Notes: a model not told the origin generated them from the letters alone. A stretch of DNA of 64,000 bases from an uncultured candidate division Zixibacteria bacterium (GCA_963713865.1 OY970208.1:704001-768000); one strand, 5' to 3'; counted from the stretch's first letter, positions 9,802-20,613 are shown. Translations and numbers: made by a program.

Positions 9802-10725
9802 ATGTGGGAGAAATTGTTGGATAATCTCTGGCTGAAATTTGGGGCGATCCTTTTAGCCTTCCTTTTGTGGTTTTATGCTTCAACTGATAAGCCTTATGAA
9901 TATACTTTCAATTACGATTTGAAATTGATTAACCTTTCCCCGGAGCTAATCTTGGCTGAACCTCTGCCGGATATGGTTAAGGTGAAAATCTATGGCAAGG
10001 GGAAGGAGCTTTTAAAGCTATTTGTTTTAAAAGAAAGAAGCTTGAAAATCGACGTTCAGAAATATTCTGGTGGAGAGTTTGAGTACCAAATTAAAGCTGA
10101 GATGGCAACTATTCCAGAGGGATTAAATCTATCAGCCATTGAGGTCGTTTCACCTAAGATCCTGAAGATCAATTTACAAAAAGTTGAAGAGAGAAAAGTT
10201 CCAATAATCTCTCAGCTTTCTTTTTCATTAGAGGAAGGTTATTTTCAGAAAGGAGAGATAAGATTTACTCCAGAGAAGGTCTGGATTAAAGGTCCATCTG
10301 AGAATGTTAACAAAATCAAATATATTCTGACCCAGAAGAAGGAATTTCAGGACTTAAGTGAATCTTTTACCGGAAAGATAGATTTAATTTCTCCACCTTT
10401 TTTTAATCTCAAGATATCGCCTCCGAGGGTTGATTTCTCTGTAGAGGTTCAAAAGGGAGAGAAGAAAAGGTTAGAGAATTTACCAATCACAATCATAAAT
10501 ATCCCCAGGGGGAGAAAAATCCACCTGACACCCAAGACTATCAATCTGGAGCTTTTGGGAGAAAAAGAAATACTTGAAAAACTTACTTTAGAGAAAATAA
10601 AAGTAATTATAGACTGTCAAGGAATAAAAAGGGGAGAGACAAAAACTTCTCCTTTGATTCAGCTTCCAGAAGATATACTACTTTTTAAGACAGAGCCAGA
10701 TAGTTTTAACTTAATTGTAAATTAG
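9802..10725 (+). CDS. CdaR/YbbR-like repeat protein
   Basis: N-terminal TM segment (NLWLKFGAILLAFLLWFY) followed by repeated beta-rich P-x-x-V-x-I-x-G units. Confidence 0.8.
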   Translation: MWEKLLDNLWLKFGAILLAFLLWFYASTDKPYEYTFNYDLKLINLSPELILAEPLPDMVKVKIYGKGKELLKLFVLKERSLKIDVQKYSGGEFEYQIKAEMATIPEGLNLSAIEVVSPKILKINLQKVEERKVPIISQLSFSLEEGYFQKGEIRFTPEKVWIKGPSENVNKIKYILTQKKEFQDLSESFTGKIDLISPPFFNLKISPPRVDFSVEVQKGEKKRLENLPITIINIPRGRKIHLTPKTINLELLGEKEILEKLTLEKIKVIIDCQGIKRGETKTSPLIQLPEDILLFKTEPDSFNLIVN

Positions 10726-10726
10726 T

Positions 10727-11737
10727 ATGCTTGTCTTAGGAATTGAAACCTCCTGCGATGAAACCTCAGTAGCTGTAATTCAGGATGGGCGGAGGATACT
10801 TTCCAATGTGGTTTTCTCCCAATGGGTTCATAAAAGATACTGGGGCGTTGTCCCAGAGCTTGCCTCCAGAGAACATATAAAGACGATTTTGCCCATTTTA
10901 AAGACTGCTCTGGATGAAGCTAAAGTCACTCTAAAGGAGATCGAGGGTATCGCGGTTACCTGTGGTCCAGGTCTGGTTGGCTCTCTTTTAATCGGGCTTT
11001 CCTTAACTAAGGGATTAGCTTATGGTTTAAAGGTCCCGTTTATCGGGATAAATCATCTTGAAGGGCATATCTTCGCCAATTTCTTAGAGTATCCTGACCT
11101 TTCACCTCCTTTGATCTGCCTTATAGTCTCTGGAGGGCACTCCACCTTAGTTTATATTAAAGATAAGGGAGAGTATAAGGTTCTGGGACGAACGAGAGAT
11201 GATGCTCCTGGGGAGGCATTTGATAAGGTGGCAAGGATTCTGGACTTAGAATATCCGGGGGGGCCTTCTATTGATAAATTAAGCCAGAGTTGCAAATCTT
11301 CTAAGATGAAATTTCCCAGAGCTTTTTTAGAAGAAGGGAGTTTTGATTTCTCTTTTAGCGGATTGAAAACTGCAGTAGCTATATATGTTTCTAAATTATC
11401 TGTAAAGGAGAAGGAGGAACAAAAGTCCTGTATAGCTAAAGGATTTCAAGAGGCAATCGTGGATGTACTCGTAGAGAAATTTTTAAAAGCTGCCATGGAA
11501 CTTAAAGTAAAGAAGATCGCTTTATCCGGAGGAGTGGCTAATAATAGTTACTTAAGGCAGAAATTGAGTCTGGAAGCTAGCAAAGAAGGGTTGGAGCTTT
11601 ATGTCCCCTCACCTGTCTTGTGTACAGACAATGCAGCCATGATAGCTTCAGCTGGTGATTTTCATCTTCAAAGAAAAGAAAGCTCTTCTCTTAATCTAAA
11701 CGCCTTTCCACATCTTCCTTTGGGTCAAAAAGTATAA
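10727..11737 (+). CDS. tsaD: tRNA N6-threonylcarbamoyltransferase subunit TsaD
   Basis: LGIETSCDET, GVVPELASREH, HLEGH, SGGH, GEAFDK and DNAAM motifs. Confidence 0.96.
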   Translation: MLVLGIETSCDETSVAVIQDGRRILSNVVFSQWVHKRYWGVVPELASREHIKTILPILKTALDEAKVTLKEIEGIAVTCGPGLVGSLLIGLSLTKGLAYGLKVPFIGINHLEGHIFANFLEYPDLSPPLICLIVSGGHSTLVYIKDKGEYKVLGRTRDDAPGEAFDKVARILDLEYPGGPSIDKLSQSCKSSKMKFPRAFLEEGSFDFSFSGLKTAVAIYVSKLSVKEKEEQKSCIAKGFQEAIVDVLVEKFLKAAMELKVKKIALSGGVANNSYLRQKLSLEASKEGLELYVPSPVLCTDNAAMIASAGDFHLQRKESSSLNLNAFPHLPLGQKV

Positions 11738-11967
11738 ACTAAAATTTATTTTAAAAGATGTTTTAGGAATTCTGGAGTGTAAATCTTCAGGTTTACTAAA
11801 ATTAACTTCACAGCTCTTTTTCACGGATTTTTCAATCCACCTTCAGCAGAAAGGTAAAGCTATCCCGCTGATGGCGGGATACACTCCAGTTTTTTATAAA
11901 GCATGACGATAAAGTATATATAAAATTCTTTAATTGTCCAAAAGGGGGCAGAAAAGAGTTCATCTAT

Positions 11968-14967
11968 ATGGATGTGGATATCACGGAACGCAAGCAGGCG
12001 GAAGAGGCTTTGCGTATGTCCGAGGAGAAATACCGGTTTCTCTTTGAGAAAAGTCCTACCTTAAACATAATAATCAGCGTTGATGGCGTGATAAAAGATA
12101 TAAATGAAGGTATGATCAAACAGTACGGTTATGCAAAAGAGGAAATCATCGGCAGGTCTGCGTTAGATTTTGTAATTCCTGAACAAAAGGAGGAAGTAGC
12201 CAAGATACTGGAAAAAGATTTTAAGGATGAATATACCCCTGAAATCGATGTAAGTGTGAAAGCTAAAGACGGGTCGATTCATACGGTATTGTTCATGCCC
12301 GGTAGTATAATATTCTATGAAAAGAATCAGTCTGCCAGCATACTTATCACAGGGATTGACATTACCGAAAGCAAGAAAGCAGAAAAGGCTTTGCGGGAAA
12401 GCGAAGAGAAATTCAGGAACCTTGCGGAACAATCACCAAACATGATCTTCATCAACAAAAAGGGTAGAGTAGTCTATGCCAATCAAAGATGCGAAGAGAT
12501 TATGGGATATTCAAGAAATGAGTTTTACTCCCCTGATTTCGACTTCCTTTCTTTGATCGCACCAGAATGTGTAGATTTAGTAAAGTCAAGTTTTAACATG
12601 CATGTGAAGGATGAAGAGATCACTCCATACGAATATACACTCATCACCAAAGAAGGGGAAAAAGTAGATACCATACTCACCACAAAATTGATAACCTACG
12701 AAGGAGAGAATGCCATCCTTGGAACAGTAACAGATATCACCGAGCGCAAGAAGATGGATGAAAAGATGATCCAGGCAAATGAAGAGCTTAAAGCTTTAAA
12801 TGCCATCGCCTCCATCGCCAACCAAACTTTAAACTTAGAGATGATCCTAGAAGAGACCATAGATAAAGTTCTGGAGGTAACTGAATGCCATGCTGGAGGA
12901 ATTTATATACTAAATCAGGCCACCAAAGAGTTGGAGTTAAAAACCTGCAGAGGTCTTTCCTCTGAAGCAGTTAAAGAGGTTGACAAGTTAAAATTAGGAG
13001 AGGGGTTTTCTGGAAGGATCGCCTTAAACGGTGAGCCCATTATGGTTGAGGATATAACTCAAGATCCCCGGTTAACCCGCTTGATAATGAAGAAAGAAGG
13101 GGTTCATTCTTATTTGGGAGTTCCGCTAAAATCTAAGGGAAAGATACTGGGTACCCTTTTTGTTATCACCCAAAAGAATAGAAAGTATAACTTGGATGAG
13201 GTCGAGCTTTTACTCTCCATTGGAAATCAGATCGGTATGGCTGTGGAAAATGCTTACCTTTTCAAAGAGGCTGAACAATGGATTATTCAGTTAGAGGCTA
13301 TAAGGAACATAACCAATAGATTGAATAAGTTAAATGATGTTAAAACCGTAGCCTCCTCAGTTATGGAAGAGATAAAAAAGGTGATAGATTTTGACAACTG
13401 CAGGGTTTATCTTTTGAGCGAAAATAAAAATGAGCTTATCCCAGTTGCATTCGGGAGTGAGGTTGAGGAATATAGAGGGGAGACTGAGGAGGTCCTGCGT
13501 CTTAAAGTGGGGGAAGGAATAACGGGTTGGGTTGCCCAGACCGGTGAGCCCCAGGTAATAGATGACGGGGAAAGGCACCCTCGCTCCCGGCATATCTCTG
13601 GTTCTCCTTATGTGGATGAATCGATGATTGTCTCACCTATGACCTATGAGGGGGAGGTCAGAGGGGTTATCACCCTGTCCAAATTGGGATTGAAGCAGTT
13701 CAATCAAAACCATCTGACTCTGCTGAATATACTGGCGAATGAGGCGGTAGTGGCAATTGAGAATGCAAAACTTTTCCAGAGCTTAAAACAGGCTTATGCC
13801 AAGCTGAAAGAGGCACAGGAGCAGTTGATTCAGTCTGAGAAGCTGAGGGCTTTAGGGGAGATGGCTGGAGGAGTGGCGCATGATTTTAATAACCTTTTAG
13901 GTGCGATCTTGGGAAGAGCACAACTCTTACTCCTTTCTACCCAGGAGAAAGAGACAAAGAAGGGGCTGAGCGTAATCGAGAAAGCGGCATTAGACGGTGC
14001 GGAGACGGTCCGGCGAATTCAGGAATTCACCCGTTTAAGAACGGATGAAAACTTCAAGCTGCTTGATCTGAACGAGATATTAATGGAATCTTTAGAGATA
14101 ACTAAACATAAATGGAAAGATGAAGCGCAGAAGAAAGGGATTTTGATCCAGGTCGAAACTGATTTAAACCAGAACCTTGCTCCGGTCGCCGGCAACCCTT
14201 CAGAACTGCGTGAGGTTTTCGTCAATATGATCTTGAATTCGGTCGATGCCATGACTAAAGGAGGAACTCTTAAAATCTCCTCACAGATAAATGAAAATCA
14301 TATCCTTGCCTCGATTACGGATACAGGTATAGGGATGTCCGAAGCAGTCAAAAGGAAGGTCTTCGATCCCTTTTTCACCACAAAGGGTCCAAAGGGGAAT
14401 GGATTGGGTATGAGCTTAGCTTATGGGATAATCGTGCGGCACAGTGGAAAGATTTTAATTGAAAGTCAGGAAGGAGAAGGGACCACCTTTACGGTGAGAC
14501 TGCCGAAAAGAAAATTTGACGAGCTAAAAATAATTAAAGAAAAAATTTCAGGGGAAAACCAGTCTGAAAACATTTTGATAATCGACGATGAACCTGCTAT
14601 TCGGGATCTGCTTTGTGATCTCATCCAGTCAAAGGGACACCAAGCTATGGCTGTAGATAACAGCTTAAAAGGGATAGAGTTATTTAAAAAAGGGGAATTC
14701 GGGATTGTCTTTACTGATCTGAGTATGCCGGAGATGTCCGGCTGGGAAGTAGTTGAACAGCTGAAAGCTTTAGAACCGGAGGCGGTGATTGTGATGGTAA
14801 TTGGCTGGGGAACTCAGGTGGATAACAAAAAAATAAAAGCTAATTCGGTAGACCTTTTAATGGATAAACCACTTGAGGTAAAAAAGTTTTTTGAAATCTT
14901 AAACCAGGCACTGAAGATTAAAAAGGACAGGTGGAAAAAGAGATTGGAAAAGGTCGCTTCTCATTAA
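11968..14967 (+). CDS. Hybrid sensor histidine kinase (PAS-PAS-GAF-GAF-HisKA-HATPase-REC)
   Basis: DITE(R/S)K PAC motifs, two GAF domains, AHDFNNLL H-box, DTGIG, GNGLG, C-terminal IIDDE...TDLSMP receiver. Confidence 0.93.
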   Translation: MDVDITERKQAEEALRMSEEKYRFLFEKSPTLNIIISVDGVIKDINEGMIKQYGYAKEEIIGRSALDFVIPEQKEEVAKILEKDFKDEYTPEIDVSVKAKDGSIHTVLFMPGSIIFYEKNQSASILITGIDITESKKAEKALRESEEKFRNLAEQSPNMIFINKKGRVVYANQRCEEIMGYSRNEFYSPDFDFLSLIAPECVDLVKSSFNMHVKDEEITPYEYTLITKEGEKVDTILTTKLITYEGENAILGTVTDITERKKMDEKMIQANEELKALNAIASIANQTLNLEMILEETIDKVLEVTECHAGGIYILNQATKELELKTCRGLSSEAVKEVDKLKLGEGFSGRIALNGEPIMVEDITQDPRLTRLIMKKEGVHSYLGVPLKSKGKILGTLFVITQKNRKYNLDEVELLLSIGNQIGMAVENAYLFKEAEQWIIQLEAIRNITNRLNKLNDVKTVASSVMEEIKKVIDFDNCRVYLLSENKNELIPVAFGSEVEEYRGETEEVLRLKVGEGITGWVAQTGEPQVIDDGERHPRSRHISGSPYVDESMIVSPMTYEGEVRGVITLSKLGLKQFNQNHLTLLNILANEAVVAIENAKLFQSLKQAYAKLKEAQEQLIQSEKLRALGEMAGGVAHDFNNLLGAILGRAQLLLLSTQEKETKKGLSVIEKAALDGAETVRRIQEFTRLRTDENFKLLDLNEILMESLEITKHKWKDEAQKKGILIQVETDLNQNLAPVAGNPSELREVFVNMILNSVDAMTKGGTLKISSQINENHILASITDTGIGMSEAVKRKVFDPFFTTKGPKGNGLGMSLAYGIIVRHSGKILIESQEGEGTTFTVRLPKRKFDELKIIKEKISGENQSENILIIDDEPAIRDLLCDLIQSKGHQAMAVDNSLKGIELFKKGEFGIVFTDLSMPEMSGWEVVEQLKALEPEAVIVMVIGWGTQVDNKKIKANSVDLLMDKPLEVKKFFEILNQALKIKKDRWKKRLEKVASH

Positions 14968-15099
14968 AATGACATTCTGTTAATAAGCTCAATTCTTATG
15001 GAAAGCCGTAGCAATAAATTGCATCGGCTTTTTTTATTGACTTTTGATTATTTAGAGATGAAATTAGGAATGAAAAGAATCTTTATAAAAAGAGACTAC

Positions 15100-15477
15100 A
15101 TGGGAAAAAAAGATGAGCATCAAAATACAGGTTATGAACTTCAAAAATGGCATCATCCCGGTGGTAAACTCAGAGAATTTGGCGCCAAAAGCCTTTCAGA
15201 TGCGGAATTGCTCTCAATTCTGATCTCCACAGGTATCAAAGGGAAATCAGCAGAGAAGATTGCAGAAGAAATACTGGCAAAGTTTGGCTCTTTCAAGGGG
15301 ATGTCAAACCAGCCACTGGAGAAATTCTTAAAGATAAAAGGGCTTGGTGATGTAAAGATTATACGGATTGCTGCAGCTTTTGAAATCGCCAAGAGGTGTG
15401 TTGATTTAATTGTCAAGGATTTAAAAGAGGATAAAGAGTTGCGAAAAGAGGTTCTTGGGGGTAAGGAAGATGAGTAA
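15100..15477 (+). CDS. RadC/UPF0758 N-terminal (helix-hairpin-helix) domain-only protein, no JAB domain
   Basis: GAKSLSDAELLSILISTG...LKIKGLGDVK...AAAFEIAKR; ends without an HxHPSG JAB motif. Start at ATG 15100 is inferred. Confidence 0.8.
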   Translation: MGKKDEHQNTGYELQKWHHPGGKLREFGAKSLSDAELLSILISTGIKGKSAEKIAEEILAKFGSFKGMSNQPLEKFLKIKGLGDVKIIRIAAAFEIAKRCVDLIVKDLKEDKELRKEVLGGKEDE

Positions 15478-18400
15478 ATTAAAAGGAAAGCAGACCAAAA
15501 GTCCCAGTCCTTTTGAAATGAAAACGCACAAAACTGAGCAGACAGCGGTTGCAATTTTGATGCACTGGATGAGGGAAATTATTAAGAAGAAGAGCTTAGA
15601 CTTGGGAATGCCTGATGTTGAAACTTCAGGTACTGATAGGAAGAGACCTGATACTGTCATATATGAATCACGACGAAGCCAAAATGTCCTATGCGTGGTT
15701 GAAGCCAAACAACCTTTTTTCGATGTTTACGATGAAACCTTAAAAGATGATGCAAGAAAGAAAGCCAACAAAAGAGGTGCACGATATTTTGTTACAACCA
15801 ATTTCAAAAAGTTAATATGGTGGAAAACTCAAGAAGCTAACAATCCTAGCATACCTGAGCCAAAACAAATCGTTGATACATATTACCTCTCAGAGATTGA
15901 AAATCTTGATGATATAGAACAGATAAGATACACTGAACCTATAAAAAGGAAACTTGAAGAGTTTCTCACCAAACTCTACGCGATTTATTCTGGTAAAGAA
16001 CCTGAGCCCAAAAAAGCTATAGATGAGCTTTTAATCTTTACCCTTCACGAGAAGATAAGAGTTCTTTCAACTTATTACAGAAGGATTATTGATGACCAGT
16101 GTCATAAGGATACAGTTTTTGCCAAAAAACTAAAAAACTGGTTTTTAGAACAGGGGTGGGGTTTTGCCTGGCAACCGCAGGACTTTGATAAAGCTGCTAG
16201 ACAAACAGCATACCTTCTTGTCAACAAGATTCTTTTCTATAACCTCCTTCAGACAAAAAGACCAGGTGAACTTGACCCCCTCGAAATACCTGAGGGTCTT
16301 ACCAAAGGCGCAATGCTTCAGACAACCTTACAGGGTTATTTCAACCAGATTTTGAAAATAGATTATGAAACCATCTATACTGCGGACTTTATAGATACAA
16401 CTGCTTTCCCTGAGGCAAAAGAGGTTGTAAGGGAAATTAAGGAAATAGTAAACATCTTCAAAAAATATGATTTTTCCACACTTGGTTACGATGTTCTCGG
16501 CAGAATCTTTGAGCGTCTTATCCCGCAGGATGAGCGCCACAATTTAGGTCAGTATTTCACCAGCCCCGATGTGGTTGATTTAATCCTCAGGTTCTGTTTA
16601 CAGCATGAGGATGATAAAATCCTTGACCCAGCTTGTGGAGCTGGAACTTTTCTGGTGAGGGCTTATCAACATAAAAAATTGATGAATCAGAGACTTGGGC
16701 ATGAAAGAATTCTGAATACTCTCTGGGGTAATGACATTGCCAAATTCCCAGCTACCCTTGCTACGATTAACTTGGCTATTAATGACCTGGGTGTGGATAA
16801 AAATTACCCTAATATACTTCAAGAAGATTTTTTTGCCCTTCTTGTGGGAAGGGAAGGTTTTGACCCTGATAAGTGGAGAAAAGCCAGAGCAAAAACTCTT
16901 AGACTCGAAGAGCGAGAGGTTACCTATCCTCGATGGTTTGATGCGATAGTTGGCAATCCACCATATACAAGGCAGGAAGAGATAGCAGAAATATCTCCTG
17001 AGGATATTGAGTATAAGGAAAAACTTATAAAAAAAGCCCTCTTAGATTTACAAGGCAAAAAAGTAGCCGAAATTGGGAAAAGAGCAGGAATACACGCCTA
17101 CTTCTTTGCTCACGGAACAAAGTTCTTAAAAGAAGGTGGACATTTCGGTTTTATCGTCTCCAATTCCTGGCTGGATGTGGATTATGGCAAGGGGTTACAG
17201 GAGTTTTTCCTGGGGAATTATAAGATCATTGCCATCATCGAATCTAAGGTGGAACGCTGGTTTGAAGCCGCAGACATAAACACCTGTATAGTTATTCTTC
17301 AAAAGTATAACGATAAGAAAGAGCGTGACGAAAATATCGTTCGCTTCGTTTATCTTAAAAAGAAACTCCGTGATTTTATACCTCCAGCTCAGGATATGTG
17401 GGAAAAACAGGTGGAAAGATTAAATGCCATAGACAAATTAAAAAAGACAATTCTTGCTCATAACAATCTTTATGAGAATGAAGAACTGAGGATATTTCCT
17501 AAGAGTCAAAAAGAGTTATGGGAGGAAGGATTTGATCCAGAAGAGGACAAATATACCGGAGCAAAATGGGGGAAATATCTGAGAGCACCGGAGATTTTCT
17601 TCAAGATTTTGGAAAAGGGGAAGGGAAAGCTTGTTCCATTGAAAAAAGTTGCTAAAGTGCGCTTTGGAATCAAGACTGGTACCAATGAGTTTTTCTATCT
17701 AACGGAGGAGGAGATAAAGAAAAAAGGGATTGAAAAAGAATTCTGGATGCATAAGGGTAAAAGGGGGAATTGGGTGCCGAATTATGTGATAACATCGCCA
17801 CGAGAGTGTAGGTCTATTGCTGTAAATCCAGAAGGTTTGAAATTTCGTGTTCTGATGATTCACAGTGATAGAAAGAAATTAGAAAATACAAAAGTTTTTA
17901 AGTATATTGAAGCAGGAGAAAGGAAAAAATTTAATGTAAGACCGACTTGTGAAAGTAGGGAAAGATGGTATGATTTAGGGTATCAAACACCTCCCGATGG
18001 TATCTGGTTTAAAGCTTTCAACGATAGATTCTTAGCCCCTCTTAACATTTGGCAAGCCTTCTCAAGTGATAGGTTTTATGCAATTTATCTTAAAAACAAA
18101 GTTTTTAAAAACAGTTTATTTCTCTATCTTAATTCGACATTACCTATCTTAGTCGTTGAACTCTTTGGGAGAGTCAATTTGGGTGAAGGCGCGCTTGATA
18201 ACATGACTTATGAGGCAGCAGCAATGTTTGTTCTAGATGTTAGTAAGGAACATATCAGTAATGGTAGAAAATTTAGAGAAATATTTAATCGTCCCATAGA
18301 GGATGTTTTCAGAGAACTCGGTGCCTCCTTTCCTGAGGAAGTTTCTTTTGACAAGGTCAAGCCTGACCGCAGGGAGCTGGATAAAATTATTATGGGTGAA

Positions 18401-18577
18401 ATCTTGGGCTTAACAGATGAGGAGCAACTGGAAGTTTATCGGGCGGTGGTGGATTTAGTGAAGTCAAGGATTGAGAAAGCGAAGAGTGTGGGGAAAAATA
18501 ATAAGATAGTAGAGGGGATCAATTTATATGCAATTAAGAAAGTGATTATGGATAATATGCTAAGTGATGGAGATTGA
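15470..18577 (+). CDS. Type IIG restriction-modification enzyme (REase + N6-adenine MTase + TRD)
   Basis: N-terminal PD...EAK nuclease motif; LGQYFTSP, DPACGAGTF (motif I), GNPPY (motif IV); C-terminal TRD-like region. ATG 15470 overlaps the end of the upstream gene. Confidence 0.9.
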   Translation: MSKLKGKQTKSPSPFEMKTHKTEQTAVAILMHWMREIIKKKSLDLGMPDVETSGTDRKRPDTVIYESRRSQNVLCVVEAKQPFFDVYDETLKDDARKKANKRGARYFVTTNFKKLIWWKTQEANNPSIPEPKQIVDTYYLSEIENLDDIEQIRYTEPIKRKLEEFLTKLYAIYSGKEPEPKKAIDELLIFTLHEKIRVLSTYYRRIIDDQCHKDTVFAKKLKNWFLEQGWGFAWQPQDFDKAARQTAYLLVNKILFYNLLQTKRPGELDPLEIPEGLTKGAMLQTTLQGYFNQILKIDYETIYTADFIDTTAFPEAKEVVREIKEIVNIFKKYDFSTLGYDVLGRIFERLIPQDERHNLGQYFTSPDVVDLILRFCLQHEDDKILDPACGAGTFLVRAYQHKKLMNQRLGHERILNTLWGNDIAKFPATLATINLAINDLGVDKNYPNILQEDFFALLVGREGFDPDKWRKARAKTLRLEEREVTYPRWFDAIVGNPPYTRQEEIAEISPEDIEYKEKLIKKALLDLQGKKVAEIGKRAGIHAYFFAHGTKFLKEGGHFGFIVSNSWLDVDYGKGLQEFFLGNYKIIAIIESKVERWFEAADINTCIVILQKYNDKKERDENIVRFVYLKKKLRDFIPPAQDMWEKQVERLNAIDKLKKTILAHNNLYENEELRIFPKSQKELWEEGFDPEEDKYTGAKWGKYLRAPEIFFKILEKGKGKLVPLKKVAKVRFGIKTGTNEFFYLTEEEIKKKGIEKEFWMHKGKRGNWVPNYVITSPRECRSIAVNPEGLKFRVLMIHSDRKKLENTKVFKYIEAGERKKFNVRPTCESRERWYDLGYQTPPDGIWFKAFNDRFLAPLNIWQAFSSDRFYAIYLKNKVFKNSLFLYLNSTLPILVVELFGRVNLGEGALDNMTYEAAAMFVLDVSKEHISNGRKFREIFNRPIEDVFRELGASFPEEVSFDKVKPDRRELDKIIMGEILGLTDEEQLEVYRAVVDLVKSRIEKAKSVGKNNKIVEGINLYAIKKVIMDNMLSDGD

Positions 18578-19002
18578 TGAGGAAGCTAATTGGAGAAATC
18601 TATAGAGAAAAAGTCCTGTCTTTGCCTAAAAGGTCGTTGCGTAAGGTGGAGCTGGAATATTCTCCTGAGAATTTAAGGATAGAGAAAGACCTTTTCGGCT
18701 GGAAACTATTCTATACAAGATATGGACGGAAAGCTGAATATTTTTTAGAATGCCGTTCAGAAGAAGAGGCTCGTTTTTTGAAGGTATTTTTTGAGTTAGG
18801 GCTAAAGGATATACGCGTTCCCAAAGATGAGGAATATTTGAAAAACATTCTACCAGAGCTTGAGAAAGAAAAGAACAGAACAGATGAAATCCTCAATTCT
18901 TATCTCGAAACCATATTGAATCGTCACGCCAGAGAACAGCTTAAACATGAGGTCTATATGGAAGTTCTCGAGAGGGATTCATCTTCAGTTTCTAAGAAAT
19001 GA
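18577..19002 (+). CDS. Hypothetical protein translationally coupled to the Type IIG enzyme
   Basis: TGATG stop/start overlap at 18575-18579; about 141 aa, charged, no TM segment. Confidence 0.75.
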   Translation: MRKLIGEIYREKVLSLPKRSLRKVELEYSPENLRIEKDLFGWKLFYTRYGRKAEYFLECRSEEEARFLKVFFELGLKDIRVPKDEEYLKNILPELEKEKNRTDEILNSYLETILNRHAREQLKHEVYMEVLERDSSSVSKK

Positions 19003-19198
19003 AGGATACCAAAATAAAGCTAAATCGTCATATTGCCACTCCTGTGACAACGAAAATCCTATCGTCCTCACAGGAGTGAGAATGTTACATTGATAACTCC
19101 AGTGGTAATGATTACTCGTCCTCATCCTAGAAACGGAGACTACGTCTGGCGGAGCCACCGTAGTACAGGTGTGAGGACGCTACCGGGGAAAATATAGT

Positions 19199-20359
19199 AT
19201 GGGAAACATTACCCAGATACTTTTCAGTTTATTTTTGATCTTTGCCTCAGCCAAGCTTCTGGGAGAGGTCTTCGAGAGATTCAAGCAATCTGCGGTTATT
19301 GGGGAGATCTTAGCCGGGGTTATCCTGGGACCACAGGTTCTAAACCTGATTGGCACCTCGGAGATTTTTCCAGTTTTAGCGGAGATAGGTGTTATAATCC
19401 TTCTTTTCACGATAGGGCTTCAAACCAAAACAGAAGAGATAATGAAGGTTGGGACAACCTCTCTTTTAGTGGCGGTTTTGGGTGTTATCTTCCCTTTTAT
19501 CTTCGGTTATCTTTATACCCTGATCATAGATCATACTACAATTGAAGCGATGTTCATCGGTGCGGCTATGGTGGCTACCAGTGTAGGGATAACTGCCAGG
19601 GTTTTTGCGGATTTGGGAATTGTTGAGACCAGAGCTGCCAGAGTTATCTTAGGTGCAGCAGTTATAGATGATGTCATCGGATTGATAGTACTTGCAGTTG
19701 TTACCGGCTTGGGAAAAGGGACTTTATCTCTGGTAAAAATAGGTCTGATCATGCTGGAGGCAGTCGGATTTATAATCTTTTTGATAATAGTCGGTAGAAG
19801 GTTAATTCATCGTATGGTTCCGAGAGTGGCATCATTCAGGACGAAAGATGCAGTCTTATCCGCAGCTATTATTCTATGTCTTTTCCTCTCCGTAGTCTCC
19901 AGTTACATAGATTTAGCAGCAATCGTTGGTGCGTTTTTAGCCGGGATGGTTCTTTCCGAGTTAAACTTAGAGTATAATCTATCCATCAAAACCGAATCTT
20001 TGTATAATTTTTTAGTCCCCTTCTTCTTCGTAATCCTGGGTTCCTGGATCGATCTCTCTATTTTCTCTCAGCCTACTCTTTTATGGGCAGCTCTGATAAT
20101 TACTCTTTTTGCTATTTTAGGGAAGCTTTTAGGGTGTGGACTGGGTGCACTTAATCTGGGTAAAAAAGAGGCTTTAATGGTGGGGTTTGGAATGGTTCCG
20201 AGGGGCGAAGTGGGGATGATAATTGCCTCGATCGGTTTGAGTATGAAAGCTATAACCTCGGACCTTTACACGGTGATTATATTTATGGTGATGGCAACCA
20301 CCTTTATTACCCCTCCGATATTGAGGAGATTGGTAATAAAAGAAAGAGGTGAGACGTAA
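19199..20359 (+). CDS. Cation:proton antiporter (CPA2, NapA/KefB-like)
   Basis: Multi-TM protein; GEILAGVILGP, ATSVGIT, AVIDD and GMVPRGEVG motifs. Confidence 0.92.
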   Translation: MGNITQILFSLFLIFASAKLLGEVFERFKQSAVIGEILAGVILGPQVLNLIGTSEIFPVLAEIGVIILLFTIGLQTKTEEIMKVGTTSLLVAVLGVIFPFIFGYLYTLIIDHTTIEAMFIGAAMVATSVGITARVFADLGIVETRAARVILGAAVIDDVIGLIVLAVVTGLGKGTLSLVKIGLIMLEAVGFIIFLIIVGRRLIHRMVPRVASFRTKDAVLSAAIILCLFLSVVSSYIDLAAIVGAFLAGMVLSELNLEYNLSIKTESLYNFLVPFFFVILGSWIDLSIFSQPTLLWAALIITLFAILGKLLGCGLGALNLGKKEALMVGFGMVPRGEVGMIIASIGLSMKAITSDLYTVIIFMVMATTFITPPILRRLVIKERGET

Positions 20360-20613
20360 GACGGGAGACGATAGAAGATAGCGTTGCCTCTTCTAAGGCA
20401 ACGGATGATTTCAAATTCCCCTCCCTTGATGGGAGGGGTAAGGGGAGGGTGACCCCTCTCCCGCAAGCGCCGATAAAAGCTTGACGGTTCTAAGGGCTAC
20501 CCCGCCTAGCGGCGGAGGTTACGCTTCTCGTAGAGAGGGGACCTGGAATACAGGAAAGGGACGTTACAGCATCGAATGTGGATAAAATATATGTAAGGTG
20601 ATCAGGTTTAGTT

